This document shows, piece by piece, positions 1 to 9,363 of a stretch of 64,000 bases of DNA. The stretch is taken from the NCBI GenBank assembly GCA_000092065.1, contig CP000583.1. One strand, 5' to 3'. The DNA comes from Ostreococcus lucimarinus. Taxonomy: Eukaryota. The notes beneath the pieces are model-generated. The model was not told the DNA's origin, did not search any database, and saw nothing but the letters and a program-made list of their open reading frames with translations. The position numbers and the translations under genes are program-made. The first letter of the stretch is position 1. The number at the start of each line of letters is the position of its first letter.

Positions 1-1514
1 TTGATGGAGAGCGTTTGCAAGGAACCGTCTGCATTGTTCTTGATCGCCTGCGCCAGAGCGAAAGCGCCCTTGTCCTTGATTTCGTTGTAACCGAGGTCGA
101 GGTTGGTCAATACTTCGTTGACGACGCCGAGCGACTGCGCGAGCGCCGCAACGCCGTCGTCGCCAAGGTCGTTGCCGCGCAAATCCAACACCGCGAGCGA
201 GCTCGAGTACTTGATCGCATCCGCGAATGCGAAGCCGCCTTCCTTGCCAATTTTACACCAGCCCATACGCATGGTATTTAATTTACCATGAAATTTCACC
301 GTCTCTGCGAGAGCCTTGCCACCGGGGACACCGATCGGGTTGTACCCGAGTTCGAGCGTCACCAAGGATTCGTTGTCTCGCAACGCTTCAGCAAGCTTCT
401 CGGCGCCGAAAGCGCCGATGTTGTTCCCACCGATATCAAGAAGCTCTATCTTCTTGTTATCTTTGAGCGATTCGGCGACAGCGGCGCAGCCGTCGTTTGC
501 GAGCTCGTTCATGTACAGGTTGAGATGCGTCAACGCGTCGTCGTCCTTGAGATAATCGCGAAGCGCCGGTCCTGCTTCGGGGCCGATGGAGTTGTTGCCG
601 AGGTCCAAGTTGTTAATTTTATCTTTGCGCGCCGCCAGTCCCTCACAGAGCTTGATGCAACCTTCGTTGCCTATGTCGTTTCCGTTCAATTGGAGAGAGC
701 GCAACCCAGTGTTCTCCTTGAACGCGGCGCCGAGCGCCGCGGCGCCGAGAGTGCCGACGTAGTTGCCGCTCAGAGCGAGCAACTCCACCGTGCTATTCTG
801 CGCAAACGCCTGAGCGAGCGCGCCTGAACCTTCGTAATCGACCATATTGTTGTTCATCTCGAGGGAAGTGATGGTGGTGTTCGTCTTGAGCGCCTCGGCG
901 ATTGCCCTGGCGCCTTCGTCGCCGATCGAGCACGCGTTCAAGTTGATGGTTGTAATCTTTTCATCCGTCTTGAGATAGTCCGCCAACACCTTCGCACCTT
1001 CGTCGCCCAGCGAGTTACTCGCGAGCGACAACATCGTCAGCGTGTCGTTACACTTCAGCGCCTCGCAAAGCGCCGTGACGCCCTCGACGCCGATGCCGTT
1101 CGCGCTCATGTCCACGCACGTAGCCACGTTATTGTACGCGAACGCTTCGGCGATGAAGCACGTACCTTCGTCACCGAGATTCTTACCACTCGCGTCGACT
1201 GTTTGCACCCGTCGCAGTTCGTCCATGACGTCGCGAAGCATGCGCTTGGCTTCGCGCGTGATGATCTTCTTCTGTTGTTGCTGCTGCTTCGGCGCCACGG
1301 ACACCGGCCCGTCCATACCGTCCTCTCCAACTCCACTCGCGACCGGGACGTCATCGCTCGTCGCGCCCATGGACGGCATACCGCCATCGAACGCGCCGCG
1401 GTCCCCAGGCGACGATGCCTTCCCCCCGCCGCCCTTCAACTTCGTCCACGCAAAGTACCCGACGACGGCGAGCGCCGCGCCCGCCGCGCCGACGACGGTC
1501 ATATCCACCTCCAT
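1..1514 (-). CDS. Leucine-rich-repeat (ribonuclease-inhibitor-like LRR) protein with an N-terminal hydrophobic anchor. Partial: the C-terminus continues beyond the window start.
   Basis: My own minus-strand translation, since the ORF track omits it (no stop inside the window). It reads MEVDMTVVGAAGAALAVVGYFAWTKLKGGGG..., then QKKIITREAKRMLRDVMDELRRVQTVDASGKNLGDEGTCFIAEAFAYNNVATCVDMSANGIGVEGVTALCEALKCNDTLTMLSLASNSLGDEGAKVLADYLKTDE..., then ...LALSGNYVGTLGAAALGAAFKENTGLRSLQLNGNDIGNEGCIKLCEGLAARKDKINNLDL. The repeated LxxLxLxxNxIGxxGaxxLaxaL units are typical of RNI-type LRRs. Three checkpoints (near 779, 1274, 1502) share one frame. Plus-strand ORFs 15..281, 288..827 and 1042..1542 are antisense shadows of this gene. 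The start is the ATG at 1514 or 1502, and the frame stays open further upstream. Confidence 0.6.
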   Translation of the reverse strand, partial: MEVDMTVVGAAGAALAVVGYFAWTKLKGGGGKASSPGDRGAFDGGMPSMGATSDDVPVASGVGEDGMDGPVSVAPKQQQQQKKIITREAKRMLRDVMDELRRVQTVDASGKNLGDEGTCFIAEAFAYNNVATCVDMSANGIGVEGVTALCEALKCNDTLTMLSLASNSLGDEGAKVLADYLKTDEKITTINLNACSIGDEGARAIAEALKTNTTITSLEMNNNMVDYEGSGALAQAFAQNSTVELLALSGNYVGTLGAAALGAAFKENTGLRSLQLNGNDIGNEGCIKLCEGLAARKDKINNLDLGNNSIGPEAGPALRDYLKDDDALTHLNLYMNELANDGCAAVAESLKDNKKIELLDIGGNNIGAFGAEKLAEALRDNESLVTLELGYNPIGVPGGKALAETVKFHGKLNTMRMGWCKIGKEGGFAFADAIKYSSSLAVLDLRGNDLGDDGVAALAQSLGVVNEVLTNLDLGYNEIKDKGAFALAQAIKNNADGSLQTLSI

Positions 1515-2182
1515 CGCCGTCCCCGCACCGCCGCTTCGCTGACCGACCGTCGCCTTCTTCTTTTTCGCGCCCGATCGCTTCTTTTTCCCTCCCGCGGATT
1601 TCGTCTTCTTCCCGCTCGCGCTCGCGCCGCTCGCCGCGCTCGGCGCCAGCGCGTTCGCGTCCGCCGGCGCCGACGTCTCTCGCCCCATCTCGCCCTCGCC
1701 CGTCGCCTCCGTCGCCGTCGCGCCATCACCGACGTCCGCGTCGCCCGACGACGCGTCCGCGTCGCGCGCGACGTCCGTCGTCGCGCTCGCGTCCCCGCTC
1801 GCATTCGTCGTCCCCGAGGTTTCCGCGCCGTCTCTTCCGTCACTGTTCGCGCCGTTCGCGCCCGCCGTCGCGCGCGCCGCCGCGCATCGACGCGCGATCG
1901 CGCGTCCGACCGGTCGCGCGCGCGCGCGCGCGTCGAGCGCCGCGCGCGACGCGACGCGACGCGCGCATTTCGCCGAGGAAAACCTCGCGGTCGACGGGGA
2001 CGTCGCCATCGCGACGCGTCCGCGCGTCCGCGCGTCCGCGCGCGTCGACGATCGCGCGCGCGGTGGCCTCGCGCTTCGTGCGCGCGCGATTCGAGCGCGA
2101 TTCGAGCGTCGCCGTCGTCGCGCGGCGCGACGATGAGTGCGGGACGGCGCGTCGGCGTCGACACAAATCGTCTCGCGCGCGA

Positions 2183-3616
2183 ATGGCGCGCGGACGCGCG
2201 CGCGTCGATCGCCGCGCGCTGGCGCTCGCGGTGTGCGTCGCGGCGTCGAGCGTCGCGCGCGGGCGCGCGGCGGTCGACGCGCGCGCGGCGGCGTCGAGAT
2301 GGTTGGACGACGCCATCGCGCGGGGCGGTGTCGACCTCATCGACGGCGCGCGCGTCGCGGACGAACGCGCGGGGAGCGATCGACTCGGACTCGCGCTGAC
2401 GCACGCGCCGGTAGAACGCATGGAGGCGTACGCGCGCGTGCGGTGGAACGAGACGCTGCATCCGTCGAGGTACGACGCGACGGCGCCGGGCGGATTGGGC
2501 TCGGCGTTGGCGTCGATGCGGAGCGAGCACGGGAACGACGATAAGATGGCGCTGATCGTGTGCTTATTGTATGAGCGGTATGAATTGGGCGATCGAAGCG
2601 CGTTCGCGGAATATTTCAGGACGATGCCGGGGGAATTCGATACGCCGACGCACTGGAGCGACGACACGGCGAAGGAGTTGCGCGGGAGCGATACGTACGA
2701 GGTGGACATCGTGGATGAGTACAAGTTGTTGAATACGGTGTGGAACGCGCTACGCGTGCGAGTGTTTGACGTTTACACGGATGTTTTCGTCGGGAAAGCG
2801 GCGAGATCGTTGTACGCGTTGCGGTGGGCGTGGACGGTGGCGCACGCGCGAGCGACGCGGGTGAGCGGCAAGGATGGGTTGGCGCTCGTTCCGGTGATTG
2901 ATATGATTCGAGAGTGCGGCAAAGATGTTGATGCTGATAAAACTGACATCGTCGATGACGAGGGATTCGCGGTGTACGATCCACACGCGGATGAGGTGGT
3001 GGTGTACGCGAAGCGAGACTACGCTCCGGGCGAAGAACTTTGCGAGCGATTCGGCGGCTGGAACAATGGCGAGTCGGTGCAGCATCTCGGGTACTTACCA
3101 GACGTGCATACAAACTCAACGCGTAATTGTGTGTTGATGGTTCTCACGCCAGAGAAGAAAAGAAACGAAGAGAAGGTTCGCAAGGCTGGTTTTGACGTCC
3201 CCTGGCGCGTTTGCGTACCGTCTGCGGCGAGCGAGTCGTCTTTGGACATGCTCTCGGCGTATGCCGAGCTCGCGAGTGGTCGTGCCGTGGAGATCGGTGG
3301 CGATGGTGTGCCTAAGAATGTTCGTCGTGACGGTGTACGAGATGTCCTACTAGCGCGTCTCAAACGCTACCCGACTTCGCTCGAGCAAGACGACGCCGCG
3401 CTCTCGACGATGCGTGATTCCATGCGAGAATTCGCCGCCGCACTCGAGCGAGATGACATGCAACTTCTCGAGCGCGAGCGCGTTCGAGAAAAACTCAGAG
3501 ACATGCGTCGGAGCGCGCTGGCAGTGGAACTTCGCGTGCGCGAAAAGACCATCCTCAACGCTCTCATAGATAGAGTAGCGCCCGCCGCGGATGAACTCGT
3601 CAAGGATGAGCTGTAG
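2183..3616 (+). CDS. SET-domain protein-lysine methyltransferase of the Rubisco LSMT / SETD3-like family, with a C-terminal Rubisco-LSMT-type substrate-binding domain
   Basis: This is the C-terminal part of ORF 1415..3616. Its SET core reads LVPVIDMIRECG...VYAKRDYAPGEELCERFGGWNNGESVQHLGY, followed by a helical C-terminal domain. The first ~770 nt of the ORF are RS/PR-rich low complexity that overlaps the divergent LRR gene. I therefore start at the in-frame ATG at 2183 (MARGRARVDRRALALAVCVAAS..., a transit-peptide-like leader). An earlier start cannot be excluded. Confidence 0.65.
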   Translation: MARGRARVDRRALALAVCVAASSVARGRAAVDARAAASRWLDDAIARGGVDLIDGARVADERAGSDRLGLALTHAPVERMEAYARVRWNETLHPSRYDATAPGGLGSALASMRSEHGNDDKMALIVCLLYERYELGDRSAFAEYFRTMPGEFDTPTHWSDDTAKELRGSDTYEVDIVDEYKLLNTVWNALRVRVFDVYTDVFVGKAARSLYALRWAWTVAHARATRVSGKDGLALVPVIDMIRECGKDVDADKTDIVDDEGFAVYDPHADEVVVYAKRDYAPGEELCERFGGWNNGESVQHLGYLPDVHTNSTRNCVLMVLTPEKKRNEEKVRKAGFDVPWRVCVPSAASESSLDMLSAYAELASGRAVEIGGDGVPKNVRRDGVRDVLLARLKRYPTSLEQDDAALSTMRDSMREFAAALERDDMQLLERERVREKLRDMRRSALAVELRVREKTILNALIDRVAPAADELVKDEL

Positions 3617-3623
3617 CTCTGAT

Positions 3624-3628
3624 GTAAA
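3624..3628 (+). terminator. TGTAA poly(A)-signal motif 8 nt after the stop codon of the SET gene
   Basis: The sequence gagctgTAGctctgaTGTAAacg. TGTAA is the green-algal polyadenylation motif, and the same placement recurs after several genes in this window. Confidence 0.4.
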
Positions 3629-3947
3629 CGAAGGAAGTTCAAATAGATTGATCGCCGCTTGTTTGTTGTTACAAAACGTTGATAAATCGCAAACGGTGTG
3701 GTCGAGCGGATGAGATGGCGTAGACATCAGGCCGCCAAAAATAATAATGTTTTCATGTTCAAGAGAAGTGTGACTGATGACACACTTCTTTGGAAAATGG
3801 GTAGAAAATACAAAATGTGAACAGTTGGATAAATGAGAAAGACTTCAAGCGATCGTGAGTGCCTTTCGGGACAAAATAAATGTTGAAATCGGGTGCTGTG
3901 GAAGCCATGACACATATGGTACAAAAGCGCTGAGGTGGAAAAGTCTC

Positions 3948-4898
3948 TCACTTCTTGGACACTTGGCAAAGCTTTTGGATGTACTGCACGCTGGTGACAT
4001 TATGATCAGCGACGGATCGTGTACCAAACTCGACGATGCCATCGTCCAATGGGACACCGATGACGGTTCGAATGTTGGCTTGCTCGGCTTGACGCTTGCG
4101 TTGGAAGCTCCACGCCGGCAACTGGCGAATGTCTTCGTGCCACTCGTAGTTTCCGGTGTAGCCAATCCTTCCTGGCATCCCAAAACCCATACTGAAGCGC
4201 TTAAACATCGTGAATGACGTGTCCACGAATAAACTTATCCCGCTCGCGTCTGGTATGCACACTCGAGACACGCACGTGAGCGACTTCTTGTCTTCGTCAA
4301 ACTCCCAAAACAACCCATAGTCGAAGCCCTTGGCTTCGCACACGAATCGCATACGCATCTCCATCGAGCTCGTACTCGCACAGCGTTCAAGTGGATTGAC
4401 CAAAGGTCCGTCGCGATGAAACATCGACATCGCTTCGTCGAGCAACCGATCGATTTGTTGCCTTGACCCGCTCCTCGTCAAATCCGCGCTCGCCATCGTT
4501 TGCGCGCTCGTCTGAGACTCTCGCGCGCTATTCATGAAATCCGTCATGCTTTCCACGCGTTTATTATTCGCCGCATCCATTCGGTTATCGTCATCTTCCA
4601 AGCTTCCATCCTCACTCTCAAACGACCCAAACGTCCCCGTCGTCTCGAGCGCGCTGTCCGGCGACACGTGCCTTCGCTCCGAAGACGCGTCCGTCTTCGC
4701 CGCGAGCGCACTCTTCTGCCCTCCTCGCGCCTCATTCCCTCTCACGCGCGTGTCATCACTCGAACGAACCGAAAGACTCTGCAGCATCGCCCCCGGATGA
4801 CTCACCAGCGGGTGTTCTTGCGCGTCCCTCTCGCGCGCTCGAGGACCAATGTCCAACGTGGCGCTCGTTCGTCGAGTCAGCTCGTCCCTCGACGCCAT
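3948..4898 (-). CDS. Protein with a C-terminal bHLH-MYC_N-like (GAF-fold) domain and no recognisable bHLH
   Basis: ORF 3948..4967 on the minus strand. The listed start at 4967 is a GTG, and the first real ATG is at 4898 (MASRDELTRR...). The C-terminal region reads GFDYGLFWEF...FGMPGRIGYTGNYEWHEDIRQLPAWSFQRKRQAEQANIRTVIGVPLDDGIVEFGTRS. It parallels the plant MYC2/TT8 N-terminal domain motifs (YAIFWQ ... AGLAGKAFATGNAVWV ... [20 protein letters not shown]). Confidence 0.5.
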   Translation of the reverse strand: MASRDELTRRTSATLDIGPRARERDAQEHPLVSHPGAMLQSLSVRSSDDTRVRGNEARGGQKSALAAKTDASSERRHVSPDSALETTGTFGSFESEDGSLEDDDNRMDAANNKRVESMTDFMNSARESQTSAQTMASADLTRSGSRQQIDRLLDEAMSMFHRDGPLVNPLERCASTSSMEMRMRFVCEAKGFDYGLFWEFDEDKKSLTCVSRVCIPDASGISLFVDTSFTMFKRFSMGFGMPGRIGYTGNYEWHEDIRQLPAWSFQRKRQAEQANIRTVIGVPLDDGIVEFGTRSVADHNVTSVQYIQKLCQVSKK

Positions 4899-5476
4899 CT
4901 CGCGCTCGATCACCGCCTGAACGCTTGCGATCGCTCGCGCGATATCCAAGCCACCGATCACGATCACTCGATCGACGCAGTTCGCGTCGCGCGCGCGCGC
5001 ACCGTCGACGGCTCGCGATCGCCCTCGCGGGTGTTTCGCGGGACGTCACGCGGGATTCGACGATTCTCGCGCTTCACGCTGCGATCGACGCGTTCGAGCG
5101 CGCGCGAAGCGTCACGCGCGGTCGATGGAAAGTCGTGCGCTCGTCGCGCGCGCGTGGGCGGCGGACGGGCGTCGCGCGCGCGCGCGCGGCGGTGTCGCGT
5201 CACGCGCGGGTGTCGGGGACAGCGCGGCGATAACGTTCGTGCGATAAACAAATTTGATGCCTGTTTGGGCATTTGTAATACGGTGTTTGTCGCGCGTCGA
5301 AATACCCGAAAAAGTGCACTTTTTGCACTTTTTGCCCGAGTCTTATCTCTTCGTCGACGACGGCGACGCGCGACGACGACGCGCGACGGCGACGCGCGAC
5401 GAAGGGAGAGGAATCGGGCGCTGGTGATGAGATGATTCTAAGTCAAAGAGTGATTATCGCAACGACGCGGGATGGT

Positions 5477-8400
5477 CTACGCGACGATGTCGCCGGGCAA
5501 GCCGAGCTTTTCGACGAGCTTGGGGACGACGGCGCCGTCGTCTTTGTCCACCTCGCCGCGAAGATCGGCGAGTTTGACGCCGGAAGCTTTCAATAACGCG
5601 GGCATTTTGTCGGTGTCGTCGCCGGCGAGCGCTTGCACGCGGGCGAGAACGTGAGCGAAGATGGTGAGGGCGAAACCTTCGGCTAAGATGTACCCGGGGT
5701 CTTCCCCCTCCGGCGTGGCTTTACGAAGGGCATCGGCGAGGGAGGCGAGCGTGCAAGAGCCATCGATAACTGGTCCAGCGAGAGAGGCGGCGATGTGGTC
5801 ACCAGCCTTGGGCAAGTCGCACATGACATCTTCGATGTTGTTGAAGAGCGGCGCAAAACCTTCAATCAACTGAGCGCCAGACATCGGGCCGTCAGAGGCG
5901 GCGAGCGCGCGAACGAGCCCGTACGCAGCCTCCCAGTCCATGTCGCGACGCTCAAAGCTCGTCGTCAAGAAGTATTCGATGAACGCAACGATGCGTCGCG
6001 GGTCCCACGTTGCGATGACCTTAACGGCTTCGCTGGTGTCCTTATCGTCATAAAAGTACTCCGTCGTCTTCTTGCGCTCAGCAATGAAAGCTGCGTCGTC
6101 GACCATGGCCTTCTCCTCCGTCGCCACCTTTGGCACAGGTACCGCCGCAGGCTTAGACTCAGCCGCTGAAAGTGTGCCTCGCGGCTGCGGAATGCTCGAT
6201 CGAGCGTCCATCTCGCGTGCGCCGCCGCCGCCTCTGACATCACCTCCCCCACGCTCGCGCTCGTCGCGCACGCCACTACCACCCGCACCACGTCGATCGC
6301 CACCGCCGAATGCACCTCGCGATTCGGTGCGTTGGAATCCGCCTGATCGATCGTCGCCACCTCGTGGCGCGCCACGGCTCGGGGGACGATCAAAGTCGCC
6401 GCCTCGGCGACTGTCGCTTCGCGGCATGGCACCAAATGAACCAGTGCGCTCGGGGCGACCGCCGGCACGGCGCGTTTGCTCCATGGCTGCGCGTTGTGCG
6501 TCGCGGTGAACGTCTTCAATCTTCTTCGGGCCTTCTTCCTTGCGACGCTCGCGCCACCCCTTGGCGCGAGTGTCCATGACGTCTTGCAACATGAATCGAT
6601 GACGAGAAGACATCTCTTCAGATTTGCTCAACACTTCCATGCGGCGGAAGTACGCATCCATGTACGCCTTGGCTTTTTGGTGATCAAGTTGACCGCCAAC
6701 AGTAGTCATGAGCTTACACAAAGCCTCCACGTCTTCCTCGTTCGGAGTCTTTTCGCCCTCGCCTAGAAGCTTCATGATGCACGTATGCATAATGCGTTCG
6801 GTGAGCATTGACTTTTTGAATAATTCACCGATGAAACGAATGTTACCGAGCATGCGTCTGCGCGCCTGGAGAAGTCTGTCCTCTCTCTTCAGTTGCTTGC
6901 GTCGCTCTTCGAGCGCAAGCTCCTCCTCAGTCTTCGGCTTTGGCGGTTCATCGATTTCACCATCCTCGAGCTCCTTCTCAGTCTCGGACTTTTCTTCACC
7001 CTCTTCACCCTCTTTCTTGTCGTCGTCTTCATCGTCACCCGCTTCAGCCTTGGCGATGGCTTTGTCGCCAGATTCGAACTCTTCTTGGCACTTGTTAAGA
7101 AGTACGCGCTTGAACGTGATAGCTTGTTGTCCCTCCGGCGCAGCGGGATCTAAGAATTCTACGCCCTCGCTCAAGAAGCGATCAGAAAGCACGCGACACA
7201 ACTCGGCGTACAAAGAAGAGAAGGTGGGCTCTTGAAGCGCCTTTTCGAACAATTGTCCGATGAGTCCGACCAAAGTGATGGCTTCGGTGATGCCGACGTC
7301 GAGAAGCTTCTCGAGAAGCTTCTCAAAGTTATCAGGTGTAAGCTTGTTGAGAATCGCCTTGAACGAACGCTGACGTTTCTGTTCTTCATCGTCCACGGTA
7401 CCAATGACGTACTTGTTATCTGTCTTGTGCAACTTCGGGAGCTCGCCTGCTGGGATGCGATATTGCGACTGGTTGTATCCGCCGCCACCGCGACGATCGC
7501 CGCGACGACCACCTTCGCCCGCGGGCAACTGTCGATGCGCCCACTTATCATCTCCTTTTTTACCGTCGTAACCACCGCCACCGCGGCTTCCACCGCCTCG
7601 ACGACCGCCGCCACCGCCGCGACCGCCACCGAACGATTGCACTCCCGGCGGACAAATGAAACCAGGCACGGGCCAGTAGTCAATGTCATCAGGAACGGTC
7701 CAATTCGCTGGCGTTGTTTGTGCGATCGGGGCATCGCGCATGGCTTTGAGCTCATCCACAGTGTACTTGCCATCGGCAGGTTTCGCCGCGAGGGTGAAGT
7801 CTGTAATCGGCGGCGGCAAGCGCGAGCGCTTCACGTCGGCGGCGGATCCAACGTCAGAGCCAGCGTCGGAGCCGATGCTCGAGACAGATTCCGACGTCGC
7901 GAGCTGCACCCCAGCCACGGCTTCGGCGAGCTCCTCGACGACTTTGTGCTTGGGCGGTTCGGGCGCCTTGGGCGCTTCCTCTTGCTTGGGAGGCTGCGGC
8001 TTGGGCGCTTCGGGAGCCTTGCGCAAAATGTCCGCCGCCGTCGGCGCCACGGGTTTCACCGGCGCCGGCGCGGGTGCCGGCACTTCCGCGGCTTTCGGTG
8101 CGACCGGTTCGGGCGCGGGCGCGGGCGCGGGCGGCGCCGCGGGCTTGGCCGCCATCGCCGCAAAGTTGATCGGCGGCGGCACCGCCGGCGCGGACGCGGC
8201 CGGCGCGACTGGCGCCGCCGGCGCCGCCGGCGCCGGCGATGCGACACCCGCAGGCGCCGCCGCTGCGACAGCAGCGGGCGACGCGCTCGCCGCGGGAGGC
8301 GTCGACGACACCGGCTTCTCAACCTTGACCTCTTGCTTCGTCTTCGGGTTAACAATCTTGATCGCCTTGCTCGCCACCTTTGTCGGCGGCGTCGACGGCG

Positions 8401-8827
8401 TCGACGGCGGTTTGATCCCCGGCGGCTTCGCGTACGCCGGCATTCCCATCGGTGGCATTCCCATCATCATCCCCGGATGAAACGGCGCTCCTCCCTGCAC
8501 GAACATCTGCCCCGGAGCCATCCCCGGCGCGCCCGGCTTCCCGCCCGGCGGCATCATCCCCATCATCGGTCCTCCCGGCATCGGTCGACCCCCCGGCGGC
8601 ATCCCCGGCATCCCCATTCCCGGTCCTCCCACCCCGGGCTTTCCTCCCCCGCCCTTCGCCATGTTCATCGTCCCGAACATGAACTGTTGCGGCGGCATGC
8701 CGCTCCCCGCCGCGCTCGCGATGACCTTCTTCTCCTCCTCCGTTCCCTTCGCCCCCCCCCCGCTCGCGTTCCCGCGCGGTTGCGGCACTCCCGGCGCCTG
8801 ATTACGATTCGGCATCGCGCCCGACAT
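5477..8827 (-). CDS. EIF4G: Eukaryotic translation initiation factor 4G (MIF4G, MA3 and W2 domains)
   Basis: A 1116-aa ORF with a real ATG. The N-terminus is Gly/Pro/Met-rich, and a long A/P-rich linker follows. The MIF4G core reads KAILNKLTPDNFEKLLEKLLDVGITEAITLVGLIGQLFEKALQEPTFSSLYAELCRVL. A glutamate-rich segment, an MA3-like region and a C-terminal W2-like region then follow. Plus-strand ORF 7232..9604 is its antisense shadow. Confidence 0.9.
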   Translation of the reverse strand: MSGAMPNRNQAPGVPQPRGNASGGGAKGTEEEKKVIASAAGSGMPPQQFMFGTMNMAKGGGGKPGVGGPGMGMPGMPPGGRPMPGGPMMGMMPPGGKPGAPGMAPGQMFVQGGAPFHPGMMMGMPPMGMPAYAKPPGIKPPSTPSTPPTKVASKAIKIVNPKTKQEVKVEKPVSSTPPAASASPAAVAAAAPAGVASPAPAAPAAPVAPAASAPAVPPPINFAAMAAKPAAPPAPAPAPEPVAPKAAEVPAPAPAPVKPVAPTAADILRKAPEAPKPQPPKQEEAPKAPEPPKHKVVEELAEAVAGVQLATSESVSSIGSDAGSDVGSAADVKRSRLPPPITDFTLAAKPADGKYTVDELKAMRDAPIAQTTPANWTVPDDIDYWPVPGFICPPGVQSFGGGRGGGGGRRGGGSRGGGGYDGKKGDDKWAHRQLPAGEGGRRGDRRGGGGYNQSQYRIPAGELPKLHKTDNKYVIGTVDDEEQKRQRSFKAILNKLTPDNFEKLLEKLLDVGITEAITLVGLIGQLFEKALQEPTFSSLYAELCRVLSDRFLSEGVEFLDPAAPEGQQAITFKRVLLNKCQEEFESGDKAIAKAEAGDDEDDDKKEGEEGEEKSETEKELEDGEIDEPPKPKTEEELALEERRKQLKREDRLLQARRRMLGNIRFIGELFKKSMLTERIMHTCIMKLLGEGEKTPNEEDVEALCKLMTTVGGQLDHQKAKAYMDAYFRRMEVLSKSEEMSSRHRFMLQDVMDTRAKGWRERRKEEGPKKIEDVHRDAQRAAMEQTRRAGGRPERTGSFGAMPRSDSRRGGDFDRPPSRGAPRGGDDRSGGFQRTESRGAFGGGDRRGAGGSGVRDERERGGGDVRGGGGAREMDARSSIPQPRGTLSAAESKPAAVPVPKVATEEKAMVDDAAFIAERKKTTEYFYDDKDTSEAVKVIATWDPRRIVAFIEYFLTTSFERRDMDWEAAYGLVRALAASDGPMSGAQLIEGFAPLFNNIEDVMCDLPKAGDHIAASLAGPVIDGSCTLASLADALRKATPEGEDPGYILAEGFALTIFAHVLARVQALAGDDTDKMPALLKASGVKLADLRGEVDKDDGAVVPKLVEKLGLPGDIVA

Positions 8828-9363
8828 CTCTCGAGTCGTCCCTCGCGTCTCCGCGCCCTCCGCGCGCGTCGCGCGCGCCGATCGATCGCCGACGCTCGCC
8901 TCGCCGCCGCCGATCGACGCGCCGCGCGCCGTCGCTCGCCGTCGCTCGCGGTCGCTCGCGTCCGCCGAGTCGTCGCGCGCTCGGATCGTCGTCGACCGAT
9001 CGGCGCTCGCGTCGAAGTCGGACGTGCGCGAGACGCGCCGTCGTTCTGCCGTCGCCGCGCCGCGCGCGCGTCGCCTCGTCGTCGGGCGAGGTCAAAACGC
9101 TCGGTGATTAGGGTCACGCGCGCACATGGCCTCGCGCGCGTCGAGACTACGGCGTCGCGCGTCCTCGTGCGTTTATCTCGATCGACGCGCGCCGTCGATC
9201 GCGGTCGCGCGATCGATCGACGCCTCGAGGGTCGACGCGCGCGCGCGATCGAGGTTCGATCGCGGGTTCGATCGACGCGGGCGCGCGCGGGGCGTCGCGC
9301 GGCGCGGCGCGGCGCGGCGCGGCGCGCGAGACGACGACGCGCGACGACGCGAGGCGACGCGGG

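Noticed and set aside
288-2724. Plus-strand ORFs 288..827 and 1203..2399, and minus-strand ORFs 1499..2530 and 1840..2724, as genes
   Set aside because: These are R/A/S/P-rich low-complexity translations of an extremely GC-rich stretch. They are antisense or off-frame to the LRR gene and to the leader and promoter region of the SET gene. No domain-like sequence is present.
3617-3947. Minus-strand ORFs 3350..3727, 3727..3969 and 3845..4183 in the AT-richer block between the SET and MYC_N-like genes
   Set aside because: They are short and lie in the only AT-rich, stop-rich stretch, which is the convergent 3' UTRs. They have no motifs. Two overlap the coding ends of flanking genes on the opposite strand.
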